IMG/VR virus record: IMGVR_UViG_3300030329_004481
Length of the DNA: 64,000 nucleotides
Direction: 5' to 3' (one strand)
Source of the DNA: a virus
The notes beneath the pieces were generated by a model. That model had not been told where the DNA came from, ran no database searches, and was given only the letters and a program-made list of their open reading frames with translations. Position numbers and translations under genes: made by a program. This document shows positions 9,901-19,413 of this stretch, one piece after another. Numbering within the stretch: the stretch's first letter is position 1; each line of letters begins with the position of its first letter.

Positions 9901-12505
9901 CAAGAAAAAATGCTTGATTTGAAGCATTAGAATTTGATCCTGCTGTATCATTTGTTATTGTTGTTGCTGCTCCACCACCTGATCCTTTTACTGTAATTCT
10001 ATTATCATCGTATCTTACTACTGTATATTGTGTCGCATCAACTAATGGTAAAATTGCACTACCATTTCCAACATTATAATTTGCTGCACTATCTGCTTGA
10101 ATCTTATGATTTTCTACATAAATTGTATTATATGTTGGATTGTTTCTTTGATAACCAATATAAAATTCGGATGGCCATCTTATTATATCATCTGTATTTG
10201 GTGCTTGGTTACAAGAAATTCTAATAACATCTTGATTTATTACTTGAACTGTCGCATCAACTGATTGAGTACTAAATTGAGATGGATTTCCAGAACCATC
10301 AGCAAATCCAAATCTTTGACCTGCGGCCCAGGATGTATCATTTGCTGTTAATGTAACTTCTTGAGCATCAGGTATTCCATGTGATGGTAAATAATATGTA
10401 TTTCTATCCGCTGAAAGAACATTTGCAAACACATAAAAAATTTCACTGCTTGTTCCAGGTGTATAAGCTCCTTGTGTATAATCTATAACAAAATTTCCTG
10501 TATTTGATGTACTAGAAACTTGAGTACTATATTGTCTATTAATAGTACCATATCTTCCATTTGTTCTTTGGTTTGATAAATAAGTAAATTGTTCTGAAGG
10601 AAGAAATGAACTTGTTGGTGATCTACCTTGGAATCCAATTAAGACCGCTGGTTTTCCTTGTCCTAAACCAAATTCTCCAACTTCATTAAAATCTGATCCA
10701 CTATTGTTTAATTGTGTTTCAGTTAATGCGCTTCCTTGTGTCGTACTCATTTGAATTTGAACCATGTATCTAAATGGTCCAGGACTTGAAAACATTGTAA
10801 AAGTACCAACAGCAGAAGAACAAGATGTTGTCATGTTAAATTTTGTTTTACCATCTGTATCTACATACAAAAGTGAACTAACATTCAAACCATTAAATGC
10901 AGTTGAATTAATAGAACCAAAAGAAGATGATTGGTTTCCAGGAGCATAAACTTGTGCAGACGTACTTCCAATAGTGATATTTACCCATTCAAAACTTGAA
11001 TCAACGTCACCCGCAAGTTTAATTTGATCAATTGTCAATGTAGCTGGATTACCACCCAAAACCGCAGTGACATCGACTGCATGAACAATTGATCCTGTAC
11101 CAGAAGAACCTAAACGTTGACCGCCCGCGACATTCCAAGAAGTTGCGGTAACTCCTTGATTTGCAGTTTGAGCAGCAACACCAAAAGCAGTTGTTCTTGT
11201 TGTTCCATCAACTGATTCAACTTTATAAACTAAACCAAGTCTAGCTGGTCCATGTATATTGTTTAATGTCTGTAACTGTACTTGTGTGTTTAAACTTGAA
11301 TCAGAAAATAGTGTGAAATTATTATCATCTGTTTTTTTAACATAATAAACAACTCCGTCTTCTAAACCACCATCAGTTAAACCTTGATATGCTGTATTAA
11401 AAAGAAGTGCATACTTGTCTCTTAAACCATGTGCTTGCCAATATACATTCCAAGTACCACCATTATTCCATACAGTAGTATCAGTAATATAGTTTACATA
11501 TGTTGGTTCCCAATCATAAGAAATTATAGGTCTTTGTTTAATTGTAGCATTTTCACCTCTACCAGTATTTGCAGATGTTACAGCCAAATTTGATATGAAC
11601 AATTCTTGTGTATCAACAGTGGGTCTACCATCTGCTGCAGTTGCTATACTATTGGCTATTGTTAATGTTTTTGGTCCTACAGTATTTCTCAAATAAACTT
11701 TAGTGTTTTCTGCTAAACCATGTACTTCTTGTGTAGTAACACTAATTGTACTATTTGCTGCCGCATCAGTTACCGCACCATTTGCAATACTTACAGCCAA
11801 AGTAGAACCTTCAAAAAATTTACCTGCTGTAATTGTTGTATAACTACCACTAATATCACCAGAAGTTGGAGAAGCAACGTCTGATTCAAAGAAAAAGTTT
11901 AATGTATCTGGAACACTAGTAACAATAAAAAATCCTTCAGCGGTATAATTTGACATACCATTAACTGCAATAGGATCACCAATATTCAAACCATGGGGTA
12001 TAGTAGTTGTAACCTTAATTGCTTTACTTCCAGAAACTGCCATAGCTGAAGTAATTCCATCTATAGGAGTATCACCTGAATTACTATAAATTGTTGGTAT
12101 GTTTGCGATTTGTTGAGTAGTTTCCCATTTAGTTCCTTGTAACCCATATTCAAAGTCAGTATCAATTAGGTTCTGGGGATCTGAAATTCTTAATTTACCA
12201 ACAGGATCAATTAAATCTTCCGCAGGAGTAATTTCTGTAGATGCTTCATCAACAAAAACTTGCAAATGATCTGTCGAAGACATTGAAGTACAATCTTGTG
12301 TAAGATTCAATGTTGTTGTATTGTTTGCCGAATAGTAATAACAACCACTAAAACCAGAAGTCGCATCAGCAAAATTGTATATAATTTTATTGTCTTCTAC
12401 ATTTGTAATTAGTAAAAACTTTTCTTTAGCGTAATTACCTTTAATATTAATAGAACTTTCGGGTGCATTAAAATCATATCCACCTACTAGTAACTTCTTT
12501 GCCAT
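6986..12505 (-). CDS. Large virion structural protein (beta-rich, fibre/baseplate-associated type)
   Basis: 1839 aa, T/S/G/N-rich, repeated xxHGLxxGDx modules; KLRISDPQNLIDTDFEYGLQGTKWE segment recalled from marine T4-like structural proteins. Confidence 0.75.
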   Translation of the reverse strand: MAKKLLVGGYDFNAPESSINIKGNYAKEKFLLITNVEDNKIIYNFADATSGFSGCYYYSANNTTTLNLTQDCTSMSSTDHLQVFVDEASTEITPAEDLIDPVGKLRISDPQNLIDTDFEYGLQGTKWETTQQIANIPTIYSNSGDTPIDGITSAMAVSGSKAIKVTTTIPHGLNIGDPIAVNGMSNYTAEGFFIVTSVPDTLNFFFESDVASPTSGDISGSYTTITAGKFFEGSTLAVSIANGAVTDAAANSTISVTTQEVHGLAENTKVYLRNTVGPKTLTIANSIATAADGRPTVDTQELFISNLAVTSANTGRGENATIKQRPIISYDWEPTYVNYITDTTVWNNGGTWNVYWQAHGLRDKYALLFNTAYQGLTDGGLEDGVVYYVKKTDDNNFTLFSDSSLNTQVQLQTLNNIHGPARLGLVYKVESVDGTTRTTAFGVAAQTANQGVTATSWNVAGGQRLGSSGTGSIVHAVDVTAVLGGNPATLTIDQIKLAGDVDSSFEWVNITIGSTSAQVYAPGNQSSSFGSINSTAFNGLNVSSLLYVDTDGKTKFNMTTSCSSAVGTFTMFSSPGPFRYMVQIQMSTTQGSALTETQLNNSGSDFNEVGEFGLGQGKPAVLIGFQGRSPTSSFLPSEQFTYLSNQRTNGRYGTINRQYSTQVSSTSNTGNFVIDYTQGAYTPGTSSEIFYVFANVLSADRNTYYLPSHGIPDAQEVTLTANDTSWAAGQRFGFADGSGNPSQFSTQSVDATVQVINQDVIRISCNQAPNTDDIIRWPSEFYIGYQRNNPTYNTIYVENHKIQADSAANYNVGNGSAILPLVDATQYTVVRYDDNRITVKGSGGGAATTITNDTAGSNSNASNQAFFLDIETAAGFAPVGATITQIEYRGDFSWVGEYVVLTIGSTNYNIGQSGGADTGTFRTDSTWQSLTIDSLLGTQGGKIGLAISCSPTAAINFSPGGMPNGWWWQFRFTIDVAAPGTQIFTSAGTQDHTFDVINLIGAYDGVFDMESVPTPQTFTMKGSFQIPFRDYPVTSAIIDNATDIITFADPHNLITGEEVTYDSQLNTSILPAGSNNTVFAIPTGNNTVKLATSTADAEAGNPINITGQTGNHLLRSTNVIKSVRGTGNVNITNNSIIIRGTGDTSFLTNFKRYDPIYINTGTKVEKYLVNQITTANTMTLFDPVADLATSTINETDYYYISQLALRPDGFVLHKPFDGGVDMTAGTSPNSKITRQTRKYFRYQSGKGIQTSVAINFNPPRIVSELIKATGATATVKTQEQHNLAVGDTILINDAVVDSGFNYYNGTHAVATVPDPFSFTYTMAGEPGNVKAQGFPTYVRDSWTDAFVRTGMFDDQNGFFWEFDGQKLYAVRRSSTKQLAGTVNVITNSQVVTGQNCSFTTQVNANDNLVIRGQTYRVVQVSSDQKMIVQPAYRGITANAVKATLTEDVRTPQEEWSLDQADGNGFSGFLLNTKKIQMAYIDYSWYGAGKIRYGFKDNKGHIRYLHEYIHNNKLDESYFRSGNLPARYEIENGTNATTAPTLFHFGTSVIMDGRFDDDKAYQFTGQSKPFAFTQGQSRSISSTAVSEFEQITLDGSRVYVYSFQCSASDATATTVGQAVSHQDLVAGTYVSQVKVDGASSKIYLSYPSTSTDPTGGGVYDSIASGQVFVLGESNSGKNLPVDLTRPLPLVSIRLAPSVDSSLTGKLGEREVVNRMQLKLMTCSLTVNQDAELFLIQNPLPSELTFIKAQNPSLSEIIKHSSGDTLLNGTTIYSTKQSTGSASIDISSLLEMGNSILGGDGIFPAGPDLLTLAVQPQDTSGVSESAPFFAAGKISWSESQA

Positions 12506-13173
12506 TATCCTCCTAGTGCAATAGCCATCGCTTCGACCATCATTGGTGCTTTCTTAAATTTCTTTGTAGTATCATCATATTTCAAAGCATCTCCGTTAGT
12601 AATACCAGTTGGATCAACATCGTCCATTCCTAGTATTTTAACTTCTCCACTGCCTTTGGATGACGCAGCAACATCTGATATTCTTGAATCCATCGCAATT
12701 TTTTGTTCATTTAATTTTAATTCTAATTTATCCAATTTGTCACCCACTGTATCTAGAATGACTTCTTCAGAAATAGTAACTTCATTCTTTTGACCAACCA
12801 ATTCTCTCACAGAATGTAATTCTTTTTGGAGTTCTCTTACAACGTGAGACATTTTAGCATTTTCATTTACTTGCTTTTGTCTATCAATCGACCATTGACG
12901 TAAACTATTCAACACTTCGTGCAAAGTTTCAAGTTCTATAGTATTCTCAACGAATTCAGTATTCGATTGTTGAATGCTCTTTATAGATTCTTCAATTGAA
13001 TTAACTGAAGGCAATTGTTTATTAGTTTTAACAACAGGTTCAATAACTTCTTCTTTCAATTGAATTGGAGTAGAAGATTTTTTGACCTGAGGTTGAGGGG
13101 TCACAACCTCTTGTATTCTTGATTTAACTTTGCGTTTAACGTGTTTTTGTTTTAATTGTTCTAAAAGCATCAC
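12505..13173 (-). CDS. Coiled-coil structural/fibre-associated protein
   Basis: Heptad-rich centre; ILGMDDVD..ITNGDALKYD fibre-like repeat; C-terminal AMAIALGG; stop overlaps next start. Confidence 0.6.
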   Translation of the reverse strand: MMLLEQLKQKHVKRKVKSRIQEVVTPQPQVKKSSTPIQLKEEVIEPVVKTNKQLPSVNSIEESIKSIQQSNTEFVENTIELETLHEVLNSLRQWSIDRQKQVNENAKMSHVVRELQKELHSVRELVGQKNEVTISEEVILDTVGDKLDKLELKLNEQKIAMDSRISDVAASSKGSGEVKILGMDDVDPTGITNGDALKYDDTTKKFKKAPMMVEAMAIALGG

Positions 13174-14045
13174 TTTCCTAACATTGATAGTCCAGCTTTT
13201 AATCCTTTAATCAAGTAATATTTTCCCAACTTAACATCTGCGACTTTTGTTTTAGTCCCTTCAATACTTTTTTTATTTGCTAAGTATTGTCTCATCACTT
13301 TCATGTTAGGATTTGCAGCTTTTGGAATTTTCATTGTATCATCCCAATTAGTATATTCTAATTGTGAACCACCTTTCAATGAAATTATATATTCAACCCT
13401 ACCTTGTCCATGATCCCAATGTACAACATCTGTTACTGGAATTTTTAATTGTTGTGCGAATTGTTTAATATTTGCTGTTCCTTGATTAGCAATATTAGCT
13501 TCCTTTAAAATACCTTTAGAAGCCTCAACAATTCCATCAGTTTTATGAAAAGGATTTGGATCAAAGTCTTCAACATATTTGTTTAATTCATACTTACCAT
13601 TTGACATTCCATGAACTTGTATCTGTAATCTTTTTCTTGCTGGTTTACCATCTTTATGCAAATCAATTTTTTTCATTACTGTTTTGCCTGATGATGGTTT
13701 TCTTTGACCGAATGTGACTTCCGAATCATACGAATCTTGATCAACATCAAATCCATGAACTTTTTTTGTATGATCAACAGCATGCTGAATAGCGCTAGAA
13801 TAAGTATCATGGTAGATTTGATATTCATGTTTACTTTTTCTTTTAGCTTCATTAACAACTTTGATCGCATCATCAATTGAAATGTCCTTTTCTGAAAGGA
13901 CTTCTTGTTTTTCATTTGTTTCAGGTCTTGTTTCTGGAACTTCAACAGTAGTTGTTACTTCTGGTTGTTCTTCAGGTTGACCTTGTACAACTCTTAAAAT
14001 TGCATCATTTAAGTTTTTATACTTAGAATTATCTTCAAACCACAT
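13170..14045 (-). CDS. Hypothetical protein, first gene of late cluster
   Basis: 291 aa; AAGGAG RBS; CTAAATA late-promoter-like motif upstream. Confidence 0.75.
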   Translation of the reverse strand: MWFEDNSKYKNLNDAILRVVQGQPEEQPEVTTTVEVPETRPETNEKQEVLSEKDISIDDAIKVVNEAKRKSKHEYQIYHDTYSSAIQHAVDHTKKVHGFDVDQDSYDSEVTFGQRKPSSGKTVMKKIDLHKDGKPARKRLQIQVHGMSNGKYELNKYVEDFDPNPFHKTDGIVEASKGILKEANIANQGTANIKQFAQQLKIPVTDVVHWDHGQGRVEYIISLKGGSQLEYTNWDDTMKIPKAANPNMKVMRQYLANKKSIEGTKTKVADVKLGKYYLIKGLKAGLSMLGK

Positions 14046-14078
14046 AATAGACTCCTTGGTAAATATTTCATACTATTC

Positions 14079-14085
14079 TATTTAG
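14079..14085 (-). promoter_or_regulatory. Late (gp55-type) promoter-like motif CTAAATA
   Basis: Variant of T4 TATAAATA at the gp41/virion-cluster boundary; same motif precedes gp3 and gp18. Confidence 0.55.
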
Positions 14086-15518
14086 TTGAAGTTAAAACTC
14101 CCAAAATCTTTCTTTTGAAATTTATTATCAGTGGCTTTGTCAAATGCAGGAGTATCATCATATGCGTCCGTTTTCTTTACTTTTTTGCCACCATCAACAA
14201 CATCATTGATACCAGCTTGGGCGGTTTCTTCAAGATCAAATAGTCTCATCTTTTTTCTATCCACTCCAATCATAAACCTTTTATTAAAAGTAGGATCACT
14301 ATAACGATTTTTAAGTTGCTTAACTAACAGTTGGCCCAATTCCTCAAGTTCTTCTGTAGATATAATAGCAAACATAAAATCTGCGGTGGCGGGCAAACCA
14401 AAAGATTCAGATGTATCTTCTAATCCAATGTCTGTAGAAGTAAATCCACCTCTTGTAGTTTGTGTAGCGGAAACTACAGGTACATTATATTCAACCGCAA
14501 GGCCTCTCAATTCCTCAGCAATTGATTTAATATAAGTATATGAATTAACATATGCACCTGCTTTAATTCTAGAAGACATACAAATATTCAAATAATCAAT
14601 GAATATAATGTCTGGTCTAAAATCTCTCTTTAATGAAAGTTCATTTAGTAAACTTCTAAAATGTTGTGTACCTGCTGAAGCAGTGGGATATTCTTTAATA
14701 ATTAATTTACCTTTAGCTTTGTCTTTTAATTTTTGTACTTTAGAATCAAAAACTTCTTTAGGTAATTCTTGTATATCATCAATAGAAACATTTAAAAGAT
14801 TGGCATCAATTCTCATTGCAATCTTTTCTTCAGCCATTTCCATGGTCACATATAAAACATTCTTTCCTTCATTCAAACAATTTGCAGCAACATGACACAT
14901 GAACAATGATTTACCTACACCAGTACCAGCCAATGCAATATTTAATGTTTTATTTGGTAAACCACCTTTAGTTATCTTATTAAAATAATCTAAATCAAAT
15001 GGGATTCTTTCTTCGACCTTATGGTAGAAATCATAACGCTGATCACTATTATCAATGTAATCATGACCAATATTGGGGTCAAAAGTAACACCCAAAGCAT
15101 CTGTAAGAATCTCAGGAATAGATCCTTTAGTTTTATCAGTTTTGTTCCCAGGGCTGATAATATTAACGCTCTCCATAATCGCATTATATAATGCTCTATC
15201 TTGGCAAAAGGTTTCAGTAGTATTAAGTAACCAATCCATATCAGATTCTTCATCTTTATTTTCCTCTAAGAATCCTAGTAGTTTGATACATTTTTCAAAA
15301 TCATCTTCATGTAATCCTGTCGCTTCATTAAGATTAATTGTTAATGCTTCTCTGGTAGGTAAATTGTTATATGTTGAAACAAAACTATTAACATATTCAA
15401 ATAAAACCTTTTCAGATCTATCTTCAAAATATTCTGGTTGTAAATAAGGAAGAACCTTACGAGTGTAAGATTCGTTATAGATAATATTTTTTAAAATTAG
15501 ATGTTCTACTCTATCCAT
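14082..15518 (-). CDS. gp41: Replicative DNA helicase (T4 gp41-like)
   Basis: LAGTGVGKS Walker A, IFIDYL, SATQTTR, TSESFGLPATAD, KQLKNRY. Confidence 0.97.
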   Translation of the reverse strand: MDRVEHLILKNIIYNESYTRKVLPYLQPEYFEDRSEKVLFEYVNSFVSTYNNLPTREALTINLNEATGLHEDDFEKCIKLLGFLEENKDEESDMDWLLNTTETFCQDRALYNAIMESVNIISPGNKTDKTKGSIPEILTDALGVTFDPNIGHDYIDNSDQRYDFYHKVEERIPFDLDYFNKITKGGLPNKTLNIALAGTGVGKSLFMCHVAANCLNEGKNVLYVTMEMAEEKIAMRIDANLLNVSIDDIQELPKEVFDSKVQKLKDKAKGKLIIKEYPTASAGTQHFRSLLNELSLKRDFRPDIIFIDYLNICMSSRIKAGAYVNSYTYIKSIAEELRGLAVEYNVPVVSATQTTRGGFTSTDIGLEDTSESFGLPATADFMFAIISTEELEELGQLLVKQLKNRYSDPTFNKRFMIGVDRKKMRLFDLEETAQAGINDVVDGGKKVKKTDAYDDTPAFDKATDNKFQKKDFGSFNFN

Positions 15519-15544
15519 TGTTCTCCATGTTTAAGTTTATTATT

Positions 15545-15573
15545 ATTGTAACACAAAGAATATTCAATGTCAA
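15545..15573 (-). promoter_or_regulatory. Sigma70-type promoter for gp41
   Basis: TTGACA-N17-TACAAT with extended -10 TG. Confidence 0.8.
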
Positions 15574-15971
15574 GGCATTTGAAATAAAGCTTTTACCCAA
15601 TGTTGAGGTTTATTTCTAGCGAAGACAACCCAACCAAAATAATTAGGTTTTCTATTTCTAAAGTATTCATTTGTAAATTCATCCATTGACCCACCAGTTG
15701 TCAAAACATCGTCACATATAAGATATGGGTCTTCATCATGATTACCCGTGGCATATTCATTCAAGTGTCTGCCTAGTTCAACACCACCTCTTGGTATACC
15801 GATAGCGGCACAAAAAGGTCGTGTCTCATGTTCCATGATCATTCTCGCAATACACTTCCATTCATTAGGAAATATTGCATCACATTCGATCTTCCAATGC
15901 AACTCACCACCAGAATGACCAATGAAGTCTTCTTCTACAAACAAATAGTTTTCTCTCACATGAAATCCCAT
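15570..15971 (-). CDS. Short orotate-phosphoribosyltransferase-like type I PRTase
   Basis: FIGHSG...WKIECD, GIPRGG, LICDDVLTTGGS PRPP loop; near pyrF; start placed at TAATG overlap (alternative 15986). Confidence 0.7.
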   Translation of the reverse strand: MGFHVRENYLFVEEDFIGHSGGELHWKIECDAIFPNEWKCIARMIMEHETRPFCAAIGIPRGGVELGRHLNEYATGNHDEDPYLICDDVLTTGGSMDEFTNEYFRNRKPNYFGWVVFARNKPQHWVKALFQMP

Positions 15972-16171
15972 TATATCATCCCCCAATCATTTTCAATTTT
16001 GTCCATCTTTTTTGCAAGGTCATATCTATTTTTTCTTAATTCTCTAGCAAGTCTCATTGATGCTTCATACAAATCATAAGAACTATTTGCCAATGATATT
16101 AATTCTGTTTCTGTCATGTTATCTAAATCAATCTCTATTATATCATATTTATTTGGTTTAAATTTAAACAC
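15971..16171 (-). CDS. Hypothetical protein
   Basis: 66 aa, overlaps neighbours at both ends. Confidence 0.65.
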   Translation of the reverse strand: MFKFKPNKYDIIEIDLDNMTETELISLANSSYDLYEASMRLARELRKNRYDLAKKMDKIENDWGMI

Positions 16172-16530
16172 TATGGCAATCCTCGTTCTCTATAATGAAA
16201 AAATGATTCTGAATTATATGATTTATCGCAGATGTACATATCAAAATGAGGTTTGTTACCTACTTGCAAATCATGATACTTTACACCCCATTCTAGAAAT
16301 TGTTGCTTTGTTAATTCTGTATAATCATCACCGCTTTTACAACCTCTTGCAGTCCAATATACTATTTCATGCCCATCATCATATAAAGAGTTAATGTGAG
16401 CAATTCTATCAGGATATGGTTTTACATCACTATATGCAATTGATATGTCTTGATCTCTTAAATCATCTCTATTCTGACATATTGTACCATCAACATCAAC
16501 ATAAATTATTTTTTTCTTTTTTAATTTCAT
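16171..16530 (-). CDS. Small cap-less HAD-superfamily phosphatase
   Basis: IYVDVDGT (motif I), YWTARG (II), KP..DMYICDK (III/IV). Confidence 0.85.
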   Translation of the reverse strand: MKLKKKKIIYVDVDGTICQNRDDLRDQDISIAYSDVKPYPDRIAHINSLYDDGHEIVYWTARGCKSGDDYTELTKQQFLEWGVKYHDLQVGNKPHFDMYICDKSYNSESFFHYRERGLP

Positions 16531-17177
16531 AAACTGCCTTTTATTTTCACTAAAACTTCATTGGGGTTTTTTGCTTCTGTTACAGTTCTACCAAGAATTA
16601 TTGTACTCGCACCTTCATCTTTTGCTTCTTTAGGTGATCCTGTACGTGTTTGTCCTGATGTTTCTTTCTCAAATACTATACCAGGACAGATATATCGAAA
16701 TGACATCGGCCCAGATAGATCGAGTGATTTAATCGTTCTCAATTCTGTCACAGGACATACAAGATCTTGAAAATTACTATTTCTAAGTTTAGCCATGCAT
16801 TGTGACCAAACATTATATGATATATCTCTCAGTATTCCACGTTCTGCTTCAGGACTCCATGATGTGAGTGATACAACACCAACTAACTTTATTTGATCTG
16901 ATAGTTTTTTAAGTCTGTCAAATACATCATAACTATTGTGAGCATTGATTGACACCATCGTGCCACCGCGGTCTATGATCTTTTTGACTACTGTTTCAAC
17001 TGTATTAGGTGTATCCCATAACTTAAAATCAACAAACAGTTCTTTCTTCCAACTATCTGGCCATGCTACAATTTCATCCCATAGTAAATGATTTATCTTA
17101 AAACCATCAACATAGTCTTTGATTCTTTCTGCTAATTCTAATGATTTTTTTGTTTCAAGTGATACAAGAATTTTCAT
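16527..17177 (-). CDS. pyrF: Orotidine-5'-phosphate decarboxylase
   Basis: DFKLWDTPNT (DxKxxDxxxT), GFKI, CPGI, GQTR, IILGRTV. Confidence 0.9.
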   Translation of the reverse strand: MKILVSLETKKSLELAERIKDYVDGFKINHLLWDEIVAWPDSWKKELFVDFKLWDTPNTVETVVKKIIDRGGTMVSINAHNSYDVFDRLKKLSDQIKLVGVVSLTSWSPEAERGILRDISYNVWSQCMAKLRNSNFQDLVCPVTELRTIKSLDLSGPMSFRYICPGIVFEKETSGQTRTGSPKEAKDEGASTIILGRTVTEAKNPNEVLVKIKGSL

Positions 17178-17263
17178 AACATTCCATAACTATCCCATGT
17201 TGCGATTATATAATAAGTGCTATAGATGCACAATGAATGAAACAGAAACATTGAAAGTGTCAT
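17174..17263 (-). CDS. 29-aa hydrophobic micropeptide bridging prs and pyrF
   Basis: MTLSMFLFHSLCIYSTYYIIATWDSYGML; TAATG overlap with prs stop and ATGA overlap with pyrF start. Confidence 0.55.
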   Translation of the reverse strand: MTLSMFLFHSLCIYSTYYIIATWDSYGML

Positions 17264-18186
17264 TAGAATAAAACTGAAATAGATTCATCGTGATGTACTC
17301 TACGAATTGCTTCTGCGAATAGTTTACCAACTGAAATTAATTTTACTTTTTGATTATCATATTGAGGAATAGAATCAGTGATAGTCAGCCCAGCCATACT
17401 GGATGAGTTGATTTTCTCCATCCCTCCGTTGCTTAATACGCCATGTGTTATATATGCTCGCACTTCTTCCGCACCAACCTTCAACAGAGCTTCTGCCGCT
17501 TTTACGAGTGTTCCACCTGTGTCCACTATATCGTCTACTATTATACATTGTTTCCCCTTTACTTTACCGATTACATTCATTGCTTCACTCTCATTCGCTT
17601 TATCTCTGCGTTTGTCTATGATAGCAATGTCTAAATTAAGATCTTTTGCCATAGATCTTGCTCTTGGAACACCACCTGCATCAGGTGACACAATTAATGC
17701 ATTTCCTCCACTAACCATTGGGTGTTTCTTTAAATCTTTTACGAATAAAGGTTTAGATCTTAAATCATCAACGGGTATATCAAAAAATCCTTGTATTTGT
17801 CCTGCATGTAAATCCATTGTAAGGACTCTATCTACTCCTGCTGTTTGTAATATATTAGCACACAATTTAGCAGATATGGGTGTTCTGGCAGAAGGTTTTC
17901 TATCTTGTCTTGCATAACCATAGTAAGGCATGACTGCTGTAATTCTACCCGCACTCGCACGTTTACAAGCATCAACCACAATTAACAATTCCATTAGATT
18001 ATCATTTGCTGGATTACAAGTACTTTGTATAATAAAAACATCTTCACCACGAATATTTTCATGTATCTCACAAAAGATTTCACCATCAGCGAACCTTGTT
18101 AATTTCATTTCTGTTAATGCAATTCCTGCATAATTAGATATATGATTTGCTAATAATTTATTAGAATTTCCTGCTAGTAATTTCAT
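17263..18186 (-). CDS. prs: Ribose-phosphate pyrophosphokinase (PRPP synthetase)
   Basis: FADGE, YGYARQDRK, DLHAGQIQGFF, VSPDAGG, IDKRR, VDDIVDTGGT. Confidence 0.97.
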   Translation of the reverse strand: MKLLAGNSNKLLANHISNYAGIALTEMKLTRFADGEIFCEIHENIRGEDVFIIQSTCNPANDNLMELLIVVDACKRASAGRITAVMPYYGYARQDRKPSARTPISAKLCANILQTAGVDRVLTMDLHAGQIQGFFDIPVDDLRSKPLFVKDLKKHPMVSGGNALIVSPDAGGVPRARSMAKDLNLDIAIIDKRRDKANESEAMNVIGKVKGKQCIIVDDIVDTGGTLVKAAEALLKVGAEEVRAYITHGVLSNGGMEKINSSSMAGLTITDSIPQYDNQKVKLISVGKLFAEAIRRVHHDESISVLF

Positions 18187-18212
18187 AATAACCTTTCTAG
18201 ATATATGTGGTT

Positions 18213-18458
18213 TTACATAGCATCAGGACCTCTCACATCAATTTCTGCTATTGTATTTTTTTTATGACTCGGTTCTTTTACAAACTCAATTTTTTCCCAT
18301 TTTTCTACACGATCTTTTAAAAGAAGACAAGTCATCCATTGTTCTTCGTCTTTGTAAATACAAGTATCTCTGTCAAGTGATACTTCTTGAATTGTTCCTC
18401 CACCATCATCGTCATGTCTCCACCCAAAGTGATATGGTGGATCAACTCTAAGCTTCAT
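18213..18458 (-). CDS. Hypothetical protein
   Basis: 81 aa overlapping purC 3' end. Confidence 0.6.
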   Translation of the reverse strand: MKLRVDPPYHFGWRHDDDGGGTIQEVSLDRDTCIYKDEEQWMTCLLLKDRVEKWEKIEFVKEPSHKKNTIAEIDVRGPDAM

Positions 18459-19413
18459 TAAATTTTCTCACATACTCAGTTACAATTTTATATTTTTTCT
18501 CTACGTCTGACATTTCTTCACCATCTCTGAATGATTGTTTGTCAAGTTGTCTTTTCGGATCACCATACGGCCATATTCTCCAACTGTCATTATCGATCAC
18601 ATCTGCAATTACTAATTCATCTTGTAAAGTATATCCTACCTCAATTTTTAAATCAATTAGATTAACATTAAACTTTTTCCATGCTTTCTCTAATAACTCA
18701 AAACATGGAATCATTAATTTTTCTTTTATGTAAGTTAAAGTATCGTCATCTACCAAAGGTAATATATCAAAGATTGGATCTGATTTTATTCTCACATCTT
18801 TTGCAGAGTACAAATACCATTTATGAATATCTGGTTCAATAACAGGATCAGTGTAAACAGTATGAGTCCATTCTCCATCTCTCATATAGAGTTCTCTTGC
18901 TCGTTCCTCTGGCATCATTCTTGTAGTTGGCATCAATCCATGAGGATTATCACAATGTTCTACAGGTGGTACAATTGCATACTTATGAAAGAATTCTAGT
19001 TTTAACGGAATAAATTTATCTGAAGAACTTTTATGCGGAAATCTTTTAATATAACTGCCATATGGTTGTCTACGTATTACACATTCTAATGGTAACATTT
19101 TACAATTCTTTGCAACAAAAACATTAGGTTCTTCATCATCGCTATGAAATGCATTTGGAATATTATTTTTTGTAAGAAATTTAAATATTGATACAACTTG
19201 TTTTGTTTTGTCAACTCCTAAAGGAGTTTCTTGTTTCATTGCGGCATCGTTTGCAGTTAATGAATCTTTAGTTGTAATTTTTACAAGTTCTGAATCATGA
19301 ATACTTCCAGTAACTGGTTCTATTCTTTTTGTTTTACCTTCAGTTAGGTTAGGTTTACCGACACCTTTTCTAGCACGACCGCCTCTCGTTACGTCTTTAG
19401 TTTCTTCTGTCAT
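18448..19413 (-). CDS. purC: SAICAR synthetase
   Basis: EGKTK, LPLECVIRR, LIDLKIEVG, ADVIDNDSWRIWP, LDKQSFRD. Confidence 0.9.
   Translation of the reverse strand: MTEETKDVTRGGRARKGVGKPNLTEGKTKRIEPVTGSIHDSELVKITTKDSLTANDAAMKQETPLGVDKTKQVVSIFKFLTKNNIPNAFHSDDEEPNVFVAKNCKMLPLECVIRRQPYGSYIKRFPHKSSSDKFIPLKLEFFHKYAIVPPVEHCDNPHGLMPTTRMMPEERARELYMRDGEWTHTVYTDPVIEPDIHKWYLYSAKDVRIKSDPIFDILPLVDDDTLTYIKEKLMIPCFELLEKAWKKFNVNLIDLKIEVGYTLQDELVIADVIDNDSWRIWPYGDPKRQLDKQSFRDGEEMSDVEKKYKIVTEYVRKFNEA

Noticed and set aside
6986-12505. Impression that CpG occurs mostly in TGCGG/TGCGA context (possible restriction-site avoidance)
   Set aside because: Not quantifiable by eye and explainable by Ala codon usage; needs a codon-controlled k-mer test
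17263-18186. prs as the Adps enzyme of a NARP1 NAD-reconstitution pathway
   Set aside because: Looks like canonical full-length Prs, neighbours are pur/pyr genes, and no Nampt/Namat gene is in the window
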